A DNA stretch of 64,000 bases, from contig CAVONS010000001.1 of assembly GCA_963697345.1 (NCBI GenBank), forward strand, positions 15,580 through 79,579. The letters run 5' to 3'. The position numbers and the translations under genes are program-made. The notes under the pieces were generated by a model, which ran no database searches, was not told where the DNA came from, and was given only the letters and a program-made list of their open reading frames with translations. This DNA comes from an uncultured Actinomycetes bacterium (GTDB lineage: Bacteria > Actinomycetota > Actinomycetes > S36-B12 > CAIYMF01). This document shows positions 25,601 through 32,730 of this stretch, piece by piece; positions within the stretch are counted from its first letter, which is position 1; each line of letters starts with the position of its first letter.

Positions 25601-27298
25601 GCACTGGCGCCCCTGCGGTTCGTGCTCGAAGGCGGCCCGGAGCTGGCGGCCCGGGTGGACGGCGACGCTGTGCATTTCGCGGTGCCGCCCGGCGAGCAGC
25701 TGCGGATGCGGCTGTCCTCCGCACTGGATCGCGCATCCCTGGACCTGATCGGGCTCTGGCGCTCGCTGCCCGCGGCCCTGCGCACCAACGACCTGCTGGC
25801 CGAGGCTGCCGCCGACGGATGGCTGTGGTGGCTGACGCCGGCGACCGAGGTCCGCTTGGTGCACGCGGTGCCCCGGCCGGTGGAGGTGCCGCGCCCGACC
25901 GTGCTGGTGCCTATCCGCACGCCCGGGGACACTGCGGTGACCCTGTTCGGCGGCGTGGACCTGCACGGCCCGAGCACGGAGCGCCTCGACGTGGAGGCTG
26001 CGTGGAGTGAGTGGGTCGATGACCCGACCAAGCCGGAGCCGACGCGACGCGACGTGGTGGCGGCGGCCGCGGACACGACCGTCCGGTACGAGGAGGACCT
26101 GGTCGTGCTCGGCGGCGTCGACAACGACCTGCCGCTGCCCGACGGAAGCGTCATGCATCTGCACAAGTGCGTGCACCAGCTCGGCGACACCCGCCACCGC
26201 AGCATCGACTACCGGATGCGGGCCACCACGCGCTATCGCGAGTACTTCGACCCACGGGTGCTGCCCAGCGTGGACGACGTGTCCGTGCTCGGGCCCAGCC
26301 GCACTCTGGACGTGCCCAGCACGGCCCGCCCCGCCAAGCCCGTCATCGCCGACGTCCTGCCGCTGTTCCGGTGGTACGAGCACACCGAGCCCGAGCAGCC
26401 ATTCGCGCTGCGTCGGGAACGCCGGGCCGGGCTGCGCATCTACCTCGAGCGGCCGTGGTACTCCTCCGGGGACGGCGAGCTGTTGGCGGTGGTCCTGGCG
26501 GCGGGCAACGCGCTGGCCGAGGACCACGTCAGCCAATGGGGTGGCGATCCGGTGTTCCTGCAGCAGGGCCCGGCGAACCGCTCGGTCCTCCCGCTGGTCG
26601 ACATCGCGCACCTCGTGGGCCTCGACGACCGGGCCGAGGGTGGTCGGCCAGTCGGCCCACCGGTGTCGCGGACCCTGACCGACGTGCCCGGCCAGCCCGC
26701 GGTCTGGGCGCTCGGGTACCGCCCGGAGTACTCGGTGGCGCGGGGCCAGTGGTTCGTCGACGTGGCACTGGACCCGGGGACGGCGTTCGCCCCGTTCGTG
26801 CGGCTGGCCGTGGCTCGCTACCAGCCCAGCTCGTTGCCCGGGCTGCACCTGTCGCCGGTGGTGCGCTGCGACTTCGTGCCGCTGCCGCTGGAGCGGACGG
26901 CCTCGCTGTCCCGACCCGATGCGCAGACCACGCGCGTGAAGGTGACCGGTCCGGTCGGGGTGCCCGGTGGACTGGTCCACGCCGTGCACGGTGCGAACTT
27001 CGCGCAGATGTTCGCCGCGTCGCGACGGATGCGGGCGCGGCTGGAGACCCGGGTGCCGGAGGTTCCCTCCGATCTCGGCTGGCGCACCGTGGCGGCCGTC
27101 GACCTGCCCGTTCTCGGGTTCGAGGGGACGGTCGTGACCTGGTCGGGGAGCCTGGACCTGCCCGAGGAGCTGCCCCCGCGCAGGCCGGGGGACGATGAGG
27201 CGTGGCGGGTCGTGCTCGAGGAATGGGAGACACTGCCCGCCGACGGACCGGAGGGAACCTCGACACGGCTGGTGTACGCCGACGTGCTGCCGCTGTGA
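22670..27298 (+). CDS. Giant hypothetical protein 2 (1542 aa), translationally coupled to giant protein 1
   Basis: ATG 22670 is 3 nt after the upstream TGA, with AGGAGCG upstream. Normal amino-acid composition and high GC3, unlike the Arg/Gly/Pro/His-rich 1533-aa antisense ORF. Signature stretch LPRLRYGRSYALRAWAVDLAGNS. No domain recognised. Confidence 0.85.
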   Translation: MATESFLVTALPHSADPARDVHLSLFVTHRLTPDGPSGVVGDFPTVSAWTAELADARIRLLGRTAGGGLVRIPVTAELGVTEPGLWPAVFPADLAVRPWATPDLTAAPWRTFPAHRMQQHAALVHAAAMFSSPVTPPSVRGNALTAPLLKAIGYGEFQRRLGVETLLRMAPDLDARATERLDALSGGGLVGQGLGTAGNLTGAGLDPLSLLAADVHRARRYYQRPEDETPHQDRPTPGATGVPLAKPDPDFHARAAMLGDLSPLLRRLGLVIDLRIDDLGALDGVVAVQALLRLPRLDNPVAEQPWTACAVAGVTFSATSASGDYLGPLLRLGDEQRFRVLDLDPDASGLKLEAYMRTLPRLMATETNGDPANSAPPTLRATGLAVARVDRAADLKKRLTGAPARDTALLAGTAGDLHLEDVARGVRLEVWDDVSRAWHSLHRRLIDVEVDGAGQVLDDTPDVGFLQGAALTRSDGPDGGVPGAPYHAHEVLAGWDGWSLAAPRPGKLIVHEDGQEVLKDAPEPDPDPVNPVSTTSRVEPGTLPRLRYGRSYALRAWAVDLAGNSAPHQVVGPAVPRSGPGPATGRIDPDAREDLDPRLHAVAQRIAAARLAALPLDATTRTDQPEATVGLGAVRDQIRILRPVVQPGPQEGHGAAGLDLSEFRPTGVELVDLLVRQRMVQRGERARLVAVNRRGQIEALFGESAATLPRLLERTDAQTPDTSYADALVSSVRAGGRISASAAAALLSAAADLITTPRPFLRWDPVIEPALVPRHAYTEAESLTTLVVRSGVQGPAEDGLTLTILAPDEFSTQAVAEHPELPLAWRADSQRHVAPPKTSQYDAELHGMFDAAMGSGDPAAVSAALAVALRESGTFLDPTVADPVTPGARLPQPGIAFHASPTAEVPAAATPADLPRGEPLTPGQYVVHDVDDLVLPYLPDPLATGLSLVFPDAGTGHHLTGLLAIEGVTLRYSGTWPALAPLRFVLEGGPELAARVDGDAVHFAVPPGEQLRMRLSSALDRASLDLIGLWRSLPAALRTNDLLAEAAADGWLWWLTPATEVRLVHAVPRPVEVPRPTVLVPIRTPGDTAVTLFGGVDLHGPSTERLDVEAAWSEWVDDPTKPEPTRRDVVAAAADTTVRYEEDLVVLGGVDNDLPLPDGSVMHLHKCVHQLGDTRHRSIDYRMRATTRYREYFDPRVLPSVDDVSVLGPSRTLDVPSTARPAKPVIADVLPLFRWYEHTEPEQPFALRRERRAGLRIYLERPWYSSGDGELLAVVLAAGNALAEDHVSQWGGDPVFLQQGPANRSVLPLVDIAHLVGLDDRAEGGRPVGPPVSRTLTDVPGQPAVWALGYRPEYSVARGQWFVDVALDPGTAFAPFVRLAVARYQPSSLPGLHLSPVVRCDFVPLPLERTASLSRPDAQTTRVKVTGPVGVPGGLVHAVHGANFAQMFAASRRMRARLETRVPEVPSDLGWRTVAAVDLPVLGFEGTVVTWSGSLDLPEELPPRRPGDDEAWRVVLEEWETLPADGPEGTSTRLVYADVLPL

Positions 27299-27642
27299 CC
27301 GGCGCCGGCACTGGGCGGCCGCCGCATCATGCCGGCCCATGACGGACGCGCAGCGAAACCCGGCGGACTACAAACGACCAGTTGCGCACCGGTAATGGGC
27401 CCGGCGCGATATGGCCGGGCTCCTGTGCCGGCCTGTTCCCCGACCCGCGACCGGGTTCGGCTGGCTGGCCGTCCACGGCGCGTTCCCGCATCTCGTGGAA
27501 CCCGATCTCGGCGGTGCGATCGCCTGGTTGGACCGGCTTTCACAGCCCGGGCAGATCGGCCCAGCCGACGTTGACCCAGAGGTCGCGCGGCGCCCGGTCG
27601 CGTTCGTCCGCGTCCGGTGTCCGCACGTGTCCGCAGCCATCG

Positions 27643-27746
27643 ACGCCAGAGGCCAGTCCTCGGTCTCCCGGGAACTGGCCTCTGACCTGCTACGACATTG
27701 GTAGCGGGGGCAGGATTTGAACCTGCGACCTCTGGGTTATGAGCCC
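27643..27746. repeat. Right copy of the 104-bp direct repeat (att), overlapping the 3' 48 nt of the intact tRNA-fMet
   Basis: Identical to 431-534. Confidence 0.95.
27648..27683 (-). terminator. Hairpin immediately downstream of tRNA-fMet (10-bp stem AGAGGCCAGT/ACTGGCCTCT, 16-nt loop), duplicated at 436-471
   Basis: Perfect inverted repeat read from the sequence, 16 nt beyond the tRNA 3' end on the tRNA strand. No T-tract, which is common in high-GC actinobacteria. Confidence 0.4.
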
Positions 27747-27775
27747 AGCGAGCTACCGAGCTGCTCCACCCCGCG
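27699..27775 (-). tRNA. Initiator tRNA-fMet (anticodon CAT), 77 nt with encoded CCA
   Basis: Reverse complement: CGCGGGGTGGAGCAGCTCGGTAGCTCGCTGGGCTCATAACCCAGAGGTCGCAGGTTCAAATCCTGCCCCCGCTACCA. It has a cloverleaf, a C1:U72 mismatch and three G:C pairs closing the anticodon stem (initiator hallmarks). It closely resembles E. coli tRNA-fMet. Confidence 0.95.
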
Positions 27776-27858
27776 TCGGTTGTCCTACTGTACGCCAGCC
27801 GGTGGGGACCCACCAAATTCTGGAGCCCTGAAGATCCTGAGGGCGATCACCCCGGCGA

Positions 27859-28641
27859 TCAGCCGTCCATGAACGGGACGCCGATGATCGAGTACCCGCC
27901 ATCGACATAGATCGTCTGCCCGGTGATCATCCGGGCCTCGTCCGAGGCGAGGAACGCCGCGCAGTTGCCGACGTCCTCCTGCGTCACGTCCTGACGCATC
28001 GGCGACACCTTGCGGTTGTACTCCAGCATCAGGTCCAGCTCCGGCAGCCCGGACGCTGCGATGGTGCGGATCGGCCCGGCCGAGATCGCGTTCACCCGGA
28101 TCCCCTCGGGCCCGAGATCGGCGGCCAGCTCACGCACGTAGGCCTCCAGTGCGGCCTTGGCCACGCCCATCACCTTGTACTTGGCCGACACCCGCACCCC
28201 ACCGATGTAGCTCAACGCGATCGCGGAGCCGCCGTTGGGCATGTGCACACGCGCTGCGTTCATCAGCGTGGCCATCGAGTGCGCCGACGTCACGAGCGCG
28301 GTGGTGAAGTCCTCCTCGGTCGTCTCCACGACCCGACCCTCGAACGCGGTCCTCGGTGCGAACGCGATCGCGTGCACGACGATGTCGATCGGCATGGTGA
28401 TCTTGGCGAAGAACGCCTCCACCTCGGCCGGGTTGCGGATGTCGCACCGCTCGTAGGCGATCAGGTGCGGCAGCGTCGGCGCCAGCTGCATGATCCGGCT
28501 GTGGAAGCGGAACTGGTAGCCCAGGATCACCCGCGCCCCGTGCCTGGTGAGCTCCTGGGCGATGGCCCAGGCGATCGACTCCTCGCTGGCCACGCCCATC
28601 ACCAGGGCGACCTTGCCCTTGAGCGGCTTCTTGATGGTCAT
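27859..28641 (-). CDS. fabI: Enoyl-[acyl-carrier-protein] reductase (NADH), FabI type
   Basis: GKVALVMGVASEESIAWAIA... and the Y-x6-K motif (YKVMGVAKAALE)...GIRVNAISAGPIRT. Confidence 0.8.
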   Translation of the reverse strand: MTIKKPLKGKVALVMGVASEESIAWAIAQELTRHGARVILGYQFRFHSRIMQLAPTLPHLIAYERCDIRNPAEVEAFFAKITMPIDIVVHAIAFAPRTAFEGRVVETTEEDFTTALVTSAHSMATLMNAARVHMPNGGSAIALSYIGGVRVSAKYKVMGVAKAALEAYVRELAADLGPEGIRVNAISAGPIRTIAASGLPELDLMLEYNRKVSPMRQDVTQEDVGNCAAFLASDEARMITGQTIYVDGGYSIIGVPFMDG

Positions 28642-28777
28642 GGCCTGCCTCCGGCTCGTACGTCAGGCGGTGATCGTAGGCGCGCACCACGCCGGGTTGT
28701 GGGCCAGCGGGAGGTCCACCCCCGGTCCCCACATCCCGCCTTCTGCCGCTGTCACCCGCTCGGGTTACCGTCATCCC

Positions 28778-29602
28778 ATGACTCGACTCATCTGCCTCGG
28801 GGACTCCTTCACGGAGGGAATGTCCGATGAGCCGCGCGCCGATGGCCGCCACATGGGCTGGTCGGACCGCGTCGCTGAAGGGCTGGCTGCCGACACGTCC
28901 GGAGCTGCCCCGGCGCCGGTCACCTACGCCAACCTCGCCGTCCGCGGCAAGCTCCTCGACCAGGTCGTCGCTGAGCAGCTGGGCCCGGCCATCGCGCTGG
29001 GACCGGACATCGTCACGTTCCACGCCGGGGCCAACGATGTGCTGCGCCCGGGCACGGACATCGCCGACCTGTACGCCCGCTACGACGCCGCGGTCGCGCA
29101 GCTGACAGCCACCGGTGCTCGCGTGGTCCTGTTCACGTCCTTGGCCCGCGCGGGTGGATCAGGGCGCTTCGCTGATCGGCTGGAGAAGCAGTTCCACGCC
29201 TTCAACCGGCACGTGCGGATCGCTGCCGGCGACCACGGCGCGATCCTGATCGACCTCGAGGCCATCCACGCCCTGACCGACCGACGCTTCTGGGCCTCGG
29301 ACCGGCTGCACCTCAACGAGCTGGGGCACGCCCGCGTCGCGGCCGCCGTCCTCAGCGCGCTCCAGGTCACGGACCCGGCGGTGCTCGGTGGCCCCGTCGG
29401 CTGGTGGGCCGAACCGCTGCCGCCCGCCGAACCCCGCTCGCGCCGCGACGACCTCGCTGCCGATGCCGAATGGGTACGGGTGCACCTGATCCCGTGGATC
29501 GGTCGCCGCGTGCGTCGGGTGTCCAGCGGTGACGGGATTGCGCCCAAGGAACGTCATCCCCGGGAGGTCACCCCCGGGCAACATGACCGCACGAGCGCCT
29601 GA
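28778..29602 (+). CDS. SGNH/GDSL-family hydrolase
   Basis: MTRLICLGDSFTEGM (block I GDS), NLAVRGK, HAGANDVL, and a DRLHLN-type C-terminal block. Confidence 0.85.
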   Translation: MTRLICLGDSFTEGMSDEPRADGRHMGWSDRVAEGLAADTSGAAPAPVTYANLAVRGKLLDQVVAEQLGPAIALGPDIVTFHAGANDVLRPGTDIADLYARYDAAVAQLTATGARVVLFTSLARAGGSGRFADRLEKQFHAFNRHVRIAAGDHGAILIDLEAIHALTDRRFWASDRLHLNELGHARVAAAVLSALQVTDPAVLGGPVGWWAEPLPPAEPRSRRDDLAADAEWVRVHLIPWIGRRVRRVSSGDGIAPKERHPREVTPGQHDRTSA

Positions 29603-29672
29603 CAACCTGAGCCGAGCATCACCCGGCACCACACCGCACCACCCGGCGTTCGCCGGGCCACGGAAGGACACC

Positions 29673-30425
29673 ATGCCCACCACACTGATCACCGGCGCGA
29701 GTTCCGGCCTCGGCGCCGAGATGGCCCGCCAGTTCGCGGCACTCGGCCACGACCTCGCGCTGTCCGCGCGGCGCGCCGACCGCCTCACGGAGCTCCGCGC
29801 CGAGATCCTCGACACCCACCCGGAGCGCCGGATCGAGATCCGCGCGCTGGACGTCACCGACGACGACGCGGTGTTCGAGGTGTTCCACGCCTTCGCCGAC
29901 GACTTCGGCTACCTCGACCGGATCATCATCAACGCAGGCCTGGGCAAGGGCGCCCGGATCGGCACCGGCAAGTACTACGCCAACCGCCAGACAGCCATGA
30001 CGAACTTCGTCGCCGCACTGGCCCAGGCCGAGGCGGCCATGGAGATCTTCCGCGAGCAGAAGCGCGGCCATCTGGTGTTCATCTCCTCGATGTCAGCGAT
30101 GCGCGGCATGCCCAAGGCGCTCAATGTGTACGCCGCCACCAAGGCCGGCGTGGCCAACCTTGCCGAGGGCCTGCGCAGCGAGATGCAGTCCACCCCCGAC
30201 CTCGATGTCGTCATCTCGACCATCTACCCGGGCTACATCCGCTCCGAGATGAACGAGTACGTCGAGAACGCCCTCTTCATGGTGGACACCGAGACCGGGG
30301 TGAAGGCGATCGTCGCCGCGATCGAGGCGGAGAAGGCCGATGCGCGGGTCCCGAGCTGGCCGTGGTGGCCACTGGGAACCGTGATGCGCAATGCGCCACT
30401 AGGGGTCGTGCGCCGCATGATCTGA
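29673..30425 (+). CDS. Short-chain dehydrogenase/reductase (SDR)
   Basis: TLITGASSGLGAEMARQFA (TGxxxGxG), NAGLG, YAATKAGV (YxxxK). Confidence 0.88.
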   Translation: MPTTLITGASSGLGAEMARQFAALGHDLALSARRADRLTELRAEILDTHPERRIEIRALDVTDDDAVFEVFHAFADDFGYLDRIIINAGLGKGARIGTGKYYANRQTAMTNFVAALAQAEAAMEIFREQKRGHLVFISSMSAMRGMPKALNVYAATKAGVANLAEGLRSEMQSTPDLDVVISTIYPGYIRSEMNEYVENALFMVDTETGVKAIVAAIEAEKADARVPSWPWWPLGTVMRNAPLGVVRRMI

Positions 30426-30460
30426 CCGGTCCACCGACCACCGGCACCGGCACCACCCCG

Positions 30461-30527
30461 GATCCCCTCCGCATCCGCGGATCTCCTCCGCGTGCCCAAG
30501 GAGGAGATCACAGCTAGCGGAGGGGAT
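30461..30527. terminator. Nested inverted repeats between convergent genes (outer arms ATCCCCTCCGC/GCGGAGGGGAT, inner arms GATCTCCTCC/GGAGGAGATC)
   Basis: Outer arms 30462-30472 with 30517-30527. Inner arms 30480-30489 with 30500-30509. All four arms derive from one ~12-mer. Lies between the SDR stop (30425) and the DUF3037 stop (30577). Confidence 0.45.
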
Positions 30528-30576
30528 TGCTTGGGGGCGTGGCTGCGCCGCCACTCGGTGCTGGCCACTCTTGCGG

Positions 30577-30958
30577 TCAGTCGAGCATGCACTCCGCGAT
30601 CCATGCCAGCTCGGCCTCCGGGTTGTCCGTCACGCCCGTGTGGACCGGGCCGGGCTGGATCACCACGCTCCGGGGTGCGGTCAGCCATCGGAACCGCCGT
30701 CCGGCGTCAGCCATCCCGGCCTCGCCCGCGTTCAGGCTGCCCTCGGCCACGGCCCTGGCTGCCACCAGCGCATCAGCGATCGACACCACAGTCCACCTTC
30801 GGCCACAGCGCCTCGGCGCCGCTGAGGTCCGAGCGCACCCGCATGCCGAGGAAGTCGGCCTGCTGGCAGTAGACCAGCACCGCACCGTTGACGAACTCGC
30901 CGCGGTCCACCCGCGGGACGATCCGCAGCACCGCATACTCGAACGGCATGCCGGTCAT
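30577..30958 (-). pseudogene. DUF3037-family protein with one apparent frameshift (~30785)
   Basis: MTGMPFEYAVLRIVPRVDRGEFVNGAVLVYCQQADFLGMRV...ALWPKVD is in one frame (ORF 30773..31162). VVSIADALVAARAVAEG...RFRWLTAPRSVVIQPGPVHTG... is in another (ORF 30577..30936). The combined length of ~127 codons fits the family. The ATG overlaps the upstream stop (ATGA). Confidence 0.6.
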
Positions 30959-31908
30959 GCGTCCCCCCGCCCGATCTTCAGCTCGGGGATCCACTCCGGC
31001 GGCCCGGAGCTCTGGCGCCCGGACCTCCGAACTCCCCCGACGTCGCGAGCGGGTCCCCGCTCGACGGCCTGCGCCAGGGCCGGAACCCAGGAGGCCCGTG
31101 CCGCAAGGCGAGCCGCGAGGAACTCCTGGTAGGCCCCCCGGACCGCGTCCACGCTCCCCCACTGCTCAGCATCGGCTGCCAGCCACTCCTCGGGGACCGC
31201 CCCGACCGCATCGCCGGCCACAGTCGGCCAGTCGATCGCGCTCAGTGCAGCATCAGCCGCCTCGATGTCCGGTTGGCACTCCAGCAGCGCATGGTCGGCC
31301 ACGTCGAACTCGCGCTCCGCGAAGCGATGCACCTGGTCGTCACGTCCCGGAGTCCACGAGTGATGGAACGTCAGCGCTGCACCGTGGTCGATCAGCTGCA
31401 GCTCGCGATGCCACATCAGCATGTTCGGGTTGCGCCAGGTGCGGTCCACGTTGCTGATCAGGGCGTCGAACCACACGATCCGCCCGGCAAGCGCGGAGTC
31501 GACTGTCGGCATGGGCCCGACATCCAGGGCTCCGGGCAGGAAGTCGATGCCCAGGTTGATGCCCACTGATGCGCGCAGCAGGTGCTGCACCTCCTCGTCA
31601 GGCTCGGCGGGAGCCAGCTCGGCCGGCACCTCGACAGGCGCCCATCGCGGCACCCGCAGCCCGACGCCCTCCGCCAGGCCGGCGCAGATCACCTCGGCCG
31701 CCAGCGCACGCGGCCCCTGACCCGCGCCGCGGAACTTCACCACGTACATCCCGAGGTCGTCGGCCTCCATGAGGCCCGGCAGTGACCCACCCTCCCGCAA
31801 CGGAGTCACATACCTGGTTGCGCGCACCGGATCCACCGGCCCAGCGTAGGGCGTCCACCCAGGGTCCCGCCGCCGATGACCGGACCCGCCGTGGAGCACT
31901 ACGCTCAT
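30955..31908 (-). CDS. HipA-like/PI3-4-kinase-fold protein kinase (the usual DUF3037 partner)
   Basis: ATRYVTPLREGGSLPGLMEADDLGMYVVKFRGAGQG...FDALISNVDRTWRNPNMLMW...LIDHGAAL. ATG at 31908. Confidence 0.75.
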   Translation of the reverse strand: MSVVLHGGSGHRRRDPGWTPYAGPVDPVRATRYVTPLREGGSLPGLMEADDLGMYVVKFRGAGQGPRALAAEVICAGLAEGVGLRVPRWAPVEVPAELAPAEPDEEVQHLLRASVGINLGIDFLPGALDVGPMPTVDSALAGRIVWFDALISNVDRTWRNPNMLMWHRELQLIDHGAALTFHHSWTPGRDDQVHRFAEREFDVADHALLECQPDIEAADAALSAIDWPTVAGDAVGAVPEEWLAADAEQWGSVDAVRGAYQEFLAARLAARASWVPALAQAVERGPARDVGGVRRSGRQSSGPPEWIPELKIGRGDA

Positions 31909-31938
31909 GCCGCGCCCCCAACCTCGAGGAGCCCTCGC

Positions 31939-32730
31939 ATGACCGCCCTGCCAGCCCTGCTGCTGTTCCACGGAGTCGGTGACTCCGGGGGGTGCTGGGA
32001 GCCGTTCGTGGGTCGGCTTCGCCAGCAGGAGGGCCTGGCCGACCTGGCCGTCAGCACACCCGATGCGCCCGCGCACGGGGGGCGTCTGGCCGCTGCAGGG
32101 CACTCCATCGCGTGGCCCGACCAGCTCGGTGAGGGCATCGCGCACGCGCAGGCGCTCGTGGCGCAGACCGGCCGGCGCATCGTGGTGGGTGGGCACTCGA
32201 TGGGCTCGATGACCGCCCTGGGCGTGGCCGCGAACAGGCCGGACCTCGTGGTGGGCACGTTCCTCGAGGATCCGCCGCTGATGTCACCGCTCCCCCCGCC
32301 GGACGCCCCCATCGAGCCGCCGACTCCCGCGGACGTCCACGAGTTCGGCGCCTGGTTCGCTGAGCTGCAGGCCACACCCTTCGAGGAGGTGGTGGCCGGC
32401 GCCCGAGCCGAGCACCCGACCTGGGACGAGGCCGAGTACGCCCCCTGGGCACGCGCGAAGCAGGCAGTCGACCTCCTGGCGTTCCGTGACCCGGTCATCT
32501 GGGTGCACGGGGACACCGTCCGCATCGTGCGCCACGCGCCCGCACCGGTCGTGGTCGCGGCCGGTTGGCCGGAGCGCGGCGGCCTGGTCATCGACGAGGT
32601 GGCTGCCCAGCTGCGCGCCCAGCCGGGATGGACGTTCCACCGGCTGCCCACCGGCCATGACGTGCGCCGCGACGCCCCCGAGGCCACGGTCACGCTGCTT
32701 GCCGACCTGATCCGCTGCGCACCGCAGTGA
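31939..32730 (+). CDS. Alpha/beta hydrolase
   Basis: LLLFHGVGDSGGCW...IVVGGHSMGSMTAL (GxSxG)...GHDVRRD. Confidence 0.85.
   Translation: MTALPALLLFHGVGDSGGCWEPFVGRLRQQEGLADLAVSTPDAPAHGGRLAAAGHSIAWPDQLGEGIAHAQALVAQTGRRIVVGGHSMGSMTALGVAANRPDLVVGTFLEDPPLMSPLPPPDAPIEPPTPADVHEFGAWFAELQATPFEEVVAGARAEHPTWDEAEYAPWARAKQAVDLLAFRDPVIWVHGDTVRIVRHAPAPVVVAAGWPERGGLVIDEVAAQLRAQPGWTFHRLPTGHDVRRDAPEATVTLLADLIRCAPQ

Larger units (their letters stand above)
431..27746. mobile_element. tRNA-fMet-associated genomic island (~27.2 kb) flanked by 104-bp direct repeats; probably immobilised because the integrase is truncated
   Basis: Direct repeats including a tRNA 3' segment, an integrase N-terminal stub ~150 bp inside the left repeat, and accessory-type cargo (CIS parts, hydrolases, pseudogenes). 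Confidence 0.8.

Noticed and set aside
22739-27340. 1533-aa ORF on the minus strand spanning the whole of giant gene 2
   Set aside because: It is antisense to a GC3-rich frame with normal composition. Its own translation is dominated by Arg/Gly/Pro/His/Gln, the typical shadow ORF of >70% GC DNA. It has no motifs and no SD.
27299-27642. Expected integrase or excisionase gene next to the intact tRNA
   Set aside because: Only short Arg/Pro-rich ORFs (27329..27574, 27368..27640, 27411..27704) without any recombinase or HTH motif are present. The region is treated as non-coding.
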